Positions 1 to 7,175 of a DNA stretch of 23,755 nt are shown here, one piece after another; positions within the stretch are counted from its first letter, which is position 1, and every line of letters begins with the position of its first letter. The notes beneath the pieces were generated by a model. That model was not told the DNA's origin, did not search any database, and saw only the letters and a list, made by a program, of their open reading frames with translations. This DNA comes from Terrimicrobiaceae bacterium (GTDB lineage Bacteria > Verrucomicrobiota > Verrucomicrobiia > Chthoniobacterales > Terrimicrobiaceae): positions 1 to 23,755 of the forward strand of contig JBGSVZ010000131.1 in NCBI GenBank assembly GCA_041752695.1. The letters run 5' to 3'. The position numbers were made by a program, and so were the translations under genes.

Positions 1-1
1 C

Positions 2-166
2 GGCAAAGGCTACGAAGACTGCGACCGCCGAATCCCCAACGTGGACAAAGCCCGCAACTTGCTGGGCTGGAAATCGGAGCACGACATGGACTCCGTTCTT
101 TTCCACACCATGAAATACTTCGTCGATAAACACCGCGCGAAGCAGAAGGAAGCCGTAGCGGCCTAA
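2..166 (+). CDS. C-terminal fragment of an NAD-dependent nucleotide-sugar epimerase/decarboxylase (ArnA decarboxylase / UDP-apiose-UDP-xylose synthase-like); truncated by the window edge
   Basis: Frame from base 2 reads GKGYEDCDRRIPNVDKARNLLGWKSEHDMDSVLFHTMKYFVDKHRAKQKEAVAA* (TAA 164-166). GxGYxDxxxRxP...A...LGW is the typical C-terminus of this SDR subfamily. Confidence 0.8.
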   Translation, partial: GKGYEDCDRRIPNVDKARNLLGWKSEHDMDSVLFHTMKYFVDKHRAKQKEAVAA

Positions 167-186
167 AAATTCCCAACCTTCACAAC

Positions 187-222
187 AAGCCGCCCGTCCG
201 ATCCGGACCGGGCGGCTTTTTT
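187..222 (+). terminator. Rho-independent terminator
   Basis: Stem AAGCCGCCCG-TCCG (187-200) / CGGA-C-CGGGCGGCTT (204-218) with one bulged base and a 3-nt loop, running into a T6 tract; starts 20 nt after the stop at 166. Confidence 0.9.
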
Positions 223-326
223 GTGCCAGGAGGCTTACGCGTGTCCCCACCCTACTCCGGAATCGCATACATCCGCCCTCGCTGCTTGCACGATTCGCTT
301 GCGGACTGTTAAGACTTCCTCTTCGC

Positions 327-2183
327 ATGGCTGCCGCTTCTCCGACATCAACCCGCTGGTTTCCCACTCTCCTTTGGGGCAATTCGATTGCCCTCTCGTG
401 GACTTGGGGGCTGGGGCTGTTTTTTTCCGTCCAGTTCACCACCCAATTCGGCCTGTTCGGGCTCCTCACGTTCGCCATTCCCAACGCGATCGGCCTGCTG
501 GCGTTCGGGCTCGTCACGCACCACATCGCCCGGCGCGAAAAGGGGTCCGAGTCGCTGGCCACGTTTTTTACAAACTGGTCACGGCCGTTCCGGCTGGTCT
601 TTTTCCTCTATCAGTTGCTGGCCATCACACTGACGATTTTTGCCTTCATTCGCTACGGCTGGCAGACGCTGGGCTACGAGCCGTGGATTTTGTACATGCC
701 GCTCACGCTACTCATCGTGTTGGCGGCCGCGATTCTGTTTGGCGAGGAGTTCGACATTCGCCGAATCAAATTCAGCCATGGCGTAATGGCCCTCCTCCTG
801 GCCGCGGCCATCGCGGTCATCACGATCCAAACTTTTCGGGTGGGCACAGGTCCGTTTCAGTTTCCGAAACTTCCGACCGACGACTGGCAATACTGGGGAT
901 ACGTCGTGCCCATCATCATCGGTTTTCTGGTGGGCCCCTGGCTGGATCTCCAGCAGTGGCAGAGAGCCATCCAGATGCATCGCGAGCGAGTCTCCATCGC
1001 GGCCGCCTATTGGATTGGAGCGTTAGAATTTTTCGGCATTCTGCTTTTCCACGGCACACTGGCCCTTTGGGCGCTCAACCATGGTGCAGGTCAATGGATC
1101 CGCAGCGGGCTCGGAGATCACCGCTACGGACACGAGGTGATTTTGAGATTCTTCTACGAAAACGCCGCGGCGGCACCGTGGACTTTCACGGCCTACTGCG
1201 TGTTCCTCTGCGTCTGCGTGCTGACCACGCTGGATAGCGGCTATGTCGCGCTGAAGTGGTTTTTCCAGGAAGGCGTGGCGCGTTCGAAAAATCCTCTAAT
1301 CACGTTCGTCCCGAAACGCCTGCTCACCTCGCCCATCCCGGCCTTCATCCTGGCCGGTGTGATCGCCCTGGTCGCGGCGGTGCTGAATCTGGAGCTCGAG
1401 TATTTCATGATTTTCTACGCGACGTTCTTCGTCGGGTATTCCGCCCTGGGAATTGCGCGTTGTTACATCATCAGTCCCGCCAACGCGATTCCGCAGGTGA
1501 AGATGTTCTGCATCGGCAGCCTCGCGGTGGTGATCTGCGCATTCGGGTATTTTTTGCGCTACCCGGTTTTCATGATCCTCGGCGCCCTCCTTCCTCTCGT
1601 ATCTATCGCGTGGCTCCTGCTCAAACCCGGCGCCGGGGAAGATTTTGTCAACGACTCCGAGGAACTGGCCGCCACCGCGCCAGACTCGCCGCATTCGCCG
1701 AAGGGCATCATTGGCGCGGCCAGCCCGGAAAATGCCCCACCTGCGGCCATGATGACGCACAGCGTGGGCGGACATTTCGAAGACAAATGGTTCGTCCACT
1801 CCTTCATCGCGACGTATGCAGACACCAACTCGGTCGGTAATGTCTATTTCGGCATGTATGCCATGTGGGTCGGCAAAACCCGCGAGCTGTTTTTTAATCA
1901 GGTGATGCCGAAGTTCGACCTGAAAAACACACCATTCTTCATTCTCACGCGGTCCTTCGAGCACAAGTTTGTCCGCGAGACCCGGGAGTTTGAAACCGTC
2001 AGCGTCCGCATCCGCATCGCGCACTACAACCGCAAGTTCGTCACGCTCGAACACGAGGTTTATGACTCCGCGCAGAAACTGCTCGGTCACGGCAAACAGT
2101 CACTGCTTTTTGTATCGTCGGCGGATTACAAACTCATCGACCTTCCCACGGAAGTGTCCACGGCGTTCCTGACCTACGCATGA
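327..2183 (+). CDS. Sodium:solute symporter (SSS/SLC5)-like membrane protein fused to a C-terminal hot-dog acyl-thioesterase domain
   Basis: About 12-13 hydrophobic segments with SSS-like motifs (SIALSWTWG...QFGLFG, GPWLDLQQWQRAI, LTTLDSG). A ~50-aa polar linker follows, then a domain from ~1773 with YADTNSVGNVYFGMYAMWVGKTRELFF (4HBT/FcbC hot-dog signature). Confidence 0.8.
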   Translation: MAAASPTSTRWFPTLLWGNSIALSWTWGLGLFFSVQFTTQFGLFGLLTFAIPNAIGLLAFGLVTHHIARREKGSESLATFFTNWSRPFRLVFFLYQLLAITLTIFAFIRYGWQTLGYEPWILYMPLTLLIVLAAAILFGEEFDIRRIKFSHGVMALLLAAAIAVITIQTFRVGTGPFQFPKLPTDDWQYWGYVVPIIIGFLVGPWLDLQQWQRAIQMHRERVSIAAAYWIGALEFFGILLFHGTLALWALNHGAGQWIRSGLGDHRYGHEVILRFFYENAAAAPWTFTAYCVFLCVCVLTTLDSGYVALKWFFQEGVARSKNPLITFVPKRLLTSPIPAFILAGVIALVAAVLNLELEYFMIFYATFFVGYSALGIARCYIISPANAIPQVKMFCIGSLAVVICAFGYFLRYPVFMILGALLPLVSIAWLLLKPGAGEDFVNDSEELAATAPDSPHSPKGIIGAASPENAPPAAMMTHSVGGHFEDKWFVHSFIATYADTNSVGNVYFGMYAMWVGKTRELFFNQVMPKFDLKNTPFFILTRSFEHKFVRETREFETVSVRIRIAHYNRKFVTLEHEVYDSAQKLLGHGKQSLLFVSSADYKLIDLPTEVSTAFLTYA

Positions 2184-3625
2184 TCAAACGGGCCGCGCTC
2201 GCAGGATGGCTTTGCCTGGCAGTGGCGGGGTGCGACCGGCCGTCGCTCTCCCTCCTGCCCTCACCCACCCCAAGTCCGTCGCCGTCGGTTCCGCCAAGTC
2301 CCTCGGTCACTCCCATTCCGACCCCCACGCCCGCGCCGACACCGACGCCGACCCCCGCCCCGCCCACCCCGGAGCCAACGCCTCTGCTCCCGCGGAAACC
2401 GGCAGATGTGGGCAAGATGTTTAATGGCATCACGTTTAAAACCAAGTTCGCCACGCCCCCCAGCGGCGAACTGGCGTCAGTGGATCGGACGGAGGACGAA
2501 AGTTTCCAGGTGGAGATCACCTTCACCGCGGAACTCCCCCGGGCCAGCACGACTCTGGAGGATCTGGCGTCCAACGACCCCAAACTTCCGCATGTCCTGA
2601 ACAAAATGTCCGACATGGTCGCAACGGCAAAGGTGTCGCCGTTTTTTGATCGGCTCTACAAAATCAAGGTCGCCACCATTCGCGATCAGCTTTTCGCGCT
2701 GGACGAGGTGCTCTCGCGCCACAATTTTTACGACTGCGAAACCATCCTGGAAATGCAGGGGCCCGAGACCGACCGAAAAGCCCTCCTGATCATTGGCGAC
2801 ATGGACGTAAACGTCGATGGCTCCGACGGTGACCGGAATGTGGAGATCGATGACTCCGGCCGGTTTTTCCAGCCCCAGACCAGCTACCGCTGGCCCAAAA
2901 CCACGGACCGGGTGAATCCCCTTCTCACCAAAAGTCAGAATCGCATCACGGAACTGAAAACCGAACTGGCCACGCCGGGAGTTTCCGCCGCGCGCAAGAG
3001 AGAGATTCAGGAGGGGATCGCCCATCTCACCCGCACAGTGAGCGATCTGAAAACTGCCAGCTTCCTCGTTTCTGCCACCGACCCCTCCATCGTGGTTCCG
3101 GGCTTCATGCTCAAGGATCCCTCACCGTTTTCGCCAAGCATCGGCGACTACGCGGCCGTGATATACGATGGCGTCGTCTACCCCACCATCGTCGGAGACG
3201 CCGGTCCTTCCGCCAAAGTAGGCGAAGCTTCACTCAGGCTTTGCCGACAGATCAACCCCAAGGCCTCGGCCCTGTCCCGCTCGGTCAGCCACATCAAGGT
3301 GGCCTACCTCATTTTCCCTGGCACGGCGGAAAAAGCCGGCCCGCCCGACTTGGCCAAGTGGCGGGAAAAGGTGAAAATCTATCTCGACGAACTCGGGGGA
3401 TCAGCCCCGGAGCTTTATGTGTGGGAGGACATCGTCCCGCCTTGGCCGACGCCAACCCCCACTCCGACACCAACGCCGACTCCCGTTCCGAGCCCTGAAG
3501 CTAGCCCGGATCTAGTGCCACTTCCCTCCGGAGAGCCTCCACCAACGCCTGCGTCCTCTCCCACCCCGACGCCCGAGGCCTCCGCGTATCCCGGTGCGGC
3601 GGTCATCCCTCCGGTGACACCATGA
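2180..3625 (+). CDS. Lipoprotein with a glycoside hydrolase family 75 (chitosanase-like) domain flanked by Pro/Thr/Ser-rich segments
   Basis: Signal peptide with lipobox LAVAG-C. GH75-like motifs MDVNVDG, FQPQTSY, PSIVVPG and IGDYAAVIY...VGDAGPSAKVGEASL. Start overlaps the upstream stop (ATGA). Confidence 0.75.
   Translation: MIKRAALAGWLCLAVAGCDRPSLSLLPSPTPSPSPSVPPSPSVTPIPTPTPAPTPTPTPAPPTPEPTPLLPRKPADVGKMFNGITFKTKFATPPSGELASVDRTEDESFQVEITFTAELPRASTTLEDLASNDPKLPHVLNKMSDMVATAKVSPFFDRLYKIKVATIRDQLFALDEVLSRHNFYDCETILEMQGPETDRKALLIIGDMDVNVDGSDGDRNVEIDDSGRFFQPQTSYRWPKTTDRVNPLLTKSQNRITELKTELATPGVSAARKREIQEGIAHLTRTVSDLKTASFLVSATDPSIVVPGFMLKDPSPFSPSIGDYAAVIYDGVVYPTIVGDAGPSAKVGEASLRLCRQINPKASALSRSVSHIKVAYLIFPGTAEKAGPPDLAKWREKVKIYLDELGGSAPELYVWEDIVPPWPTPTPTPTPTPTPVPSPEASPDLVPLPSGEPPPTPASSPTPTPEASAYPGAAVIPPVTP
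2258..2383 (+). repeat. Pro-Ser/Pro-Thr low-complexity linker (N-terminal) in the GH75 lipoprotein
   Basis: Encodes PSPTPSPSPSVPPSPSVTPIPTPTPAPTPTPTPAPPTPEPTP. Confidence 0.85.
3437..3622 (+). repeat. Pro-Thr low-complexity C-terminal tail in the GH75 lipoprotein
   Basis: Encodes PPWPTPTPTPTPTPTPVPSPEASP...PPVTP. Confidence 0.85.
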
Positions 3626-4617
3626 GTTCCACCCCGGAAATCTTTCGCGAACTGCTCTGCGATCTCGGGGTTTTCATCCGGGAGCGCCTGATTGCGGGAC
3701 GGCACACCAACGGCGATCTTTCCGCGGTCTCCGCCCAGACCGCCGCGGACACCATTTACGCCATCGACAGGATCAGCGAGGACGCCATCGTCGAGTGGTT
3801 TGAAAGTCGCTGGCCGATGGCCGAACCCGTGGAAGTTGTGATGGAGGGCCTCGACGAAGGTTCGTTGTGTTTTCCCCGTGGAACCACCGCGGACCAAACC
3901 CGCTGGAAATGTCTGCTCGACCCCATCGATGGCACCCGCGGCATCATGTATGACAAACGCAGCGCCTGGGCGCTCGGCGGCATCGCCCCCCAGCACGGCC
4001 CGGACACCATGCTCTCGGAAATATTTGTAGCGGCCATGACGGAGCTGCCAACGTCCAAGCAGTGGCGGGCCGACCAGATCAGCGCGGTGCGCGGTCAGGG
4101 TCTGCGCACGGAAAGTGTCAATGTGCTGGACGGTTCCGCCTCCGCGCTGGAGCTGCAACCATCGCGTGCCTTGGATTTCCGGCACGGATTTTCCTGGATG
4201 GCCAAATTTTTTCCCGAGGGCCGCACCCTCACCGCGCAGATCGAAGAACGCCTCTGGGACGAGCTTGTCGGCATCGGTCGCGATGCGTCGCCGGTGATTT
4301 TCGACGATCAATACCTCAGCACGGGCGGGGCGTTTTATGAACTGCTCGCCGGGCACGACCGCCTCGTCGGCGACCTGCGCCCGCTGGTCTATGCACAGTT
4401 GGACCTGGAATCGTCCCTTGTCTGCCACCCCTATGATGTCTGCACGGCGTTGCTCCTGGAAGAGGCCGGAGTGATTTACGAACATCCGCTGGGCGGCTTT
4501 CCCGATGCTCCGCTCGACACCACCAGCGGCATCTCCTGGGTGGCCTACGCCAACCCCACCCTCGCCGCGCAGGCCAGGCCCGTTTTGCAAAACGTGCTTA
4601 AGGTGTTCCTTGCATGA
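3622..4617 (+). CDS. Inositol monophosphatase (FIG superfamily)-like protein
   Basis: Metal-binding motif LLDPIDGTRG, N-terminal DTIYAIDRISE, C-terminal HPYD...LLLEEAG. ATGA overlap with the previous gene. Confidence 0.8.
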   Translation: MSSTPEIFRELLCDLGVFIRERLIAGRHTNGDLSAVSAQTAADTIYAIDRISEDAIVEWFESRWPMAEPVEVVMEGLDEGSLCFPRGTTADQTRWKCLLDPIDGTRGIMYDKRSAWALGGIAPQHGPDTMLSEIFVAAMTELPTSKQWRADQISAVRGQGLRTESVNVLDGSASALELQPSRALDFRHGFSWMAKFFPEGRTLTAQIEERLWDELVGIGRDASPVIFDDQYLSTGGAFYELLAGHDRLVGDLRPLVYAQLDLESSLVCHPYDVCTALLLEEAGVIYEHPLGGFPDAPLDTTSGISWVAYANPTLAAQARPVLQNVLKVFLA

Positions 4618-5249
4618 CCCGCGAATCCCTCCTCGCAGGACTCGGCGTATTCATCCTGCGCTCGCTCTTTCTCACCCTGCGCGTAAAGGTGGAGGATTTC
4701 TCCGGCATCGGGACCAACACCATGCCGGGGCCGGCCATCATCTGTTTCTGGCACAACCGCATCGTCGGCATCGCCGCAGCGTTTGCCATCCACTATCCGC
4801 ACGGTTTGCGCAAAGGCGTCACGGTGTTGACCAGTCCCAGCCGAGATGGGGAAATTCTGGCCGGGGTCATGGCCGGGCTGCGCATGGGCTCCGTGCGGGG
4901 CTCCAGCTCCCGCCGCGGTTCACAAGCCCTGCGCGAATTGGTTTCCCTCCTTGAGGACCGCAAAGACATCGCGATCACCCCCGACGGCCCGCGCGGCCCA
5001 CGCTACAAACTTGGACTCGGAGCCATCAGCCTTGCGCAACTCACCGGGGCGAAAATCGTCCCGGCTCACGCGCATTTTTCTCACTGCATCCGCATGAAAA
5101 CCTGGGATGGATTCATCATCCCGTTGCCTTTTTCCCGCGTCTCCGTCACGGTGGCGGAAACCATCTCCGTGCCGCGGGAATTGTCTGCCGAAGAATTCGA
5201 GGCCACCCGCGCACGATTGGAAACTCTTTTAAAAAATGAAGCGGATTGA
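4614..5249 (+). CDS. DUF374 / lysophospholipid acyltransferase-family protein
   Basis: Motifs [31 protein letters not shown] and [15 protein letters not shown] overlap with the previous gene. Confidence 0.85.
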   Translation: MTRESLLAGLGVFILRSLFLTLRVKVEDFSGIGTNTMPGPAIICFWHNRIVGIAAAFAIHYPHGLRKGVTVLTSPSRDGEILAGVMAGLRMGSVRGSSSRRGSQALRELVSLLEDRKDIAITPDGPRGPRYKLGLGAISLAQLTGAKIVPAHAHFSHCIRMKTWDGFIIPLPFSRVSVTVAETISVPRELSAEEFEATRARLETLLKNEAD

Positions 5250-6141
5250 CGGTGCAGCCATCGCCCAAATAGTTCACGAGGAAACAAAACAACGCATCGC
5301 CTTGCTGGCGGCCCGCGGCATTCAGCCCGGACTCGCTGTCGTGCTCGTCGGCGACGATCCCGCCTCGCGGGCCTATGTGCGGTCAAAGGATAAAAAGGCA
5401 GCGGACCTCGGCTTGCACTCCGTCAAACACGAACTCGCCGCCGACACGCCCCAGGAGACCCTGGTCGGTCTCGTGCGCAAGTTGAACGCCGATCCCGCCA
5501 TTCACGGCATCCTCGTTCAATCCCCCCCGCCTCCCCACATCAACGAACAGGCCATCGTCGAGACCATCGACCCGCGGAAGGATGTGGATGGATTTCATCC
5601 GGTCAATGTGGCAAAACTCGCCCTTGACGATCCTTCGGGGTTCGTGCCCTGCACGCCCCTTGGCTGCATGCGCCTCATCGCAGAGAGCGGACTGGACACC
5701 GCCGGAGCAAATGCCGTCGTGGTCGGCCGAAGCATGATTGTGGGGAAACCCATGGCCCTGCTTCTTATGCGCCGAAGCAAAGGCGGGGACGCCACTGTCA
5801 CGGTCGCGCATTCGCGCTCCAAGAATTTGCCCGCCATCACGCGCCAGGCCGACCTCGTGATCGCGGCCATCGGTCGCCCGCATTTCCTCGGCGCAGAGCA
5901 CATCCGCGACGGCGCAGTGGTGATCGATGTGGGCATTAATCGGGTGGAAGATCCGACTTCGCCAAAAGGGTACCATATAGTCGGCGACGTGGATTACGAC
6001 GCGGTCGCGGGAAATTGCGCCGCCATCACTCCCGTTCCCGGCGGCGTCGGTCCCATGACCATTGCCATGCTCATGGCCAACACCGTGACGGCGTGCGAGC
6101 GCTTGACGGCTAACCTTTCACCAACGGGTCCGCGTGCCTGA
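5236..6141 (+). CDS. folD: Bifunctional methylenetetrahydrofolate dehydrogenase/cyclohydrolase
   Basis: [54 protein letters not shown]. Confidence 0.97.
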   Translation: MKRIDGAAIAQIVHEETKQRIALLAARGIQPGLAVVLVGDDPASRAYVRSKDKKAADLGLHSVKHELAADTPQETLVGLVRKLNADPAIHGILVQSPPPPHINEQAIVETIDPRKDVDGFHPVNVAKLALDDPSGFVPCTPLGCMRLIAESGLDTAGANAVVVGRSMIVGKPMALLLMRRSKGGDATVTVAHSRSKNLPAITRQADLVIAAIGRPHFLGAEHIRDGAVVIDVGINRVEDPTSPKGYHIVGDVDYDAVAGNCAAITPVPGGVGPMTIAMLMANTVTACERLTANLSPTGPRA

Positions 6142-6311
6142 TGCCCTCGTAGAGTTGGTTCAACGGCAAACACGCCTGAATTTTCCGGAAACGGAATCGA
6201 TGATTGGCTCGACGAGACATTTGTCTCATACCAAGGCCCTGGGCCGTTGACGGGGCAGAGCGTGCACCAGTTACGACAAATTCGCGTTCTTAAACTGGAC
6301 GGCGTCGCACG
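6142..6311 (+). other. Structured intergenic region upstream of potC (candidate cis-regulatory RNA or operator region)
   Basis: Several nested complementary segments, including TCAACGGC/GCCGTTGA, TTCCG-GAAA-CGGAA and GAGAC/GTCTC. No known RNA family was recognised. Confidence 0.35.
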
Positions 6312-6330
6312 ATTGGGATAAGTAGGCCTC

Positions 6331-7170
6331 ATGTCCGCGGTGGCCGCCTCGCTTCTGCCCAAACCGATCCACGCGTTTTTGCGGAAGCTTCATGGACCCC
6401 AGCTGCAGCGTTGGCTTTTTGGATTTTGGACGGTGGGGGTTTTCGCCTTCCTGTACGTTCCCATTATTCTGCTGATCGTTTTTTCGTTTAACGATTCCAA
6501 ACTCGGCCTGGCTTGGACGGGATTTACTACCCGCTGGTATTCGGAACTCTTCGGCAACCAGGTTCTCATCGGTGCTTTCAAAAACAGCATGATCGTGGCC
6601 TGCGTCACCACGGTTCTCTCGACCTTCCTCGGAACGGTCGGCGCCTGGCTCATGTTCCGATACCAATTCCCGTTCCGTCAGGCCATTGGATTGCTGATTT
6701 TTGTGCCGATGGTCATGCCCGAAGTTTTGATGGGGGTGAGTTTGATGATTTTGTTCAACAACCTTCTCCACCTCGACCTCGGGTACCTCACCCTCATCAT
6801 CGGCCACACCACTTTCTGTTTTCCCTTTGTGCTGGTTGGCGTGCAGGCCCGCCTGCAGGGCATTGACCCGTTTTTGGAGGAGGCCGCCATGGATCTGGGC
6901 GCGACGCCCATTCAGGCCTTCTGGAAAGTCATCGTGCCCTACCTCATGCCGGCCATTATCGCCGGAGCGCTGATGTCGTTCACCCTGTCTTTCGACGAAT
7001 ATATCGTGACGGTATTCACCTCCGGTCCCGGCTCGCAAACGCTTCCCTTGCAAGTGTACGGGCTGGCCCGCAAAGGACTCGACCCTCAACTCAATGCGCT
7101 GAGCGCCCTCTTTGTCGCCGGCACCGTCGTGCTCGTTCTCTTCAGCGAACTCCTCAAAAAACGCAGTTAA
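6331..7170 (+). CDS. potC: Spermidine/putrescine ABC transporter permease, PotC-type
   Basis: FLYVPIILLIVFSFNDS, WTGFTTRWY, EAA loop (LEEAAMDLGA), SFTLSFDEY, TLPLQVY. Confidence 0.92.
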   Translation: MSAVAASLLPKPIHAFLRKLHGPQLQRWLFGFWTVGVFAFLYVPIILLIVFSFNDSKLGLAWTGFTTRWYSELFGNQVLIGAFKNSMIVACVTTVLSTFLGTVGAWLMFRYQFPFRQAIGLLIFVPMVMPEVLMGVSLMILFNNLLHLDLGYLTLIIGHTTFCFPFVLVGVQARLQGIDPFLEEAAMDLGATPIQAFWKVIVPYLMPAIIAGALMSFTLSFDEYIVTVFTSGPGSQTLPLQVYGLARKGLDPQLNALSALFVAGTVVLVLFSELLKKRS

Positions 7171-7175
7171 ATCCC

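Noticed and set aside
286..316. Possible sigma-70 promoter TTGCAC...TAAGAC upstream of the symporter gene
   Set aside because: Weak match (18-nt spacing, -10 lacks the conserved final T); not supportable without TSS data.
221..1237. 338-aa plus-strand ORF in an alternative frame
   Set aside because: Starts within the terminator, overlaps the symporter gene, and has the Arg/His/Pro-rich composition typical of off-frame translation.
2258..3622. PT/PS repeats as a CRISPR array or VNTR
   Set aside because: Synonymous codons vary and there is no constant repeat-spacer structure; these are protein-level low-complexity tracts.
3415..4590. 391-aa minus-strand ORF with a GV repeat
   Set aside because: Antisense to the IMPase gene; the GVGVG run is simply the reverse complement of the PT repeat.
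6142..6330. Assignment of the folD-potC spacer to a known riboswitch (THF, c-di-GMP-I, SAM-I), tRNA, SRP or 6S RNA
   Set aside because: Only isolated words match (GGCAAAC, GCAGAG, a GAAA loop); the ordered conserved cores of these families were not found.
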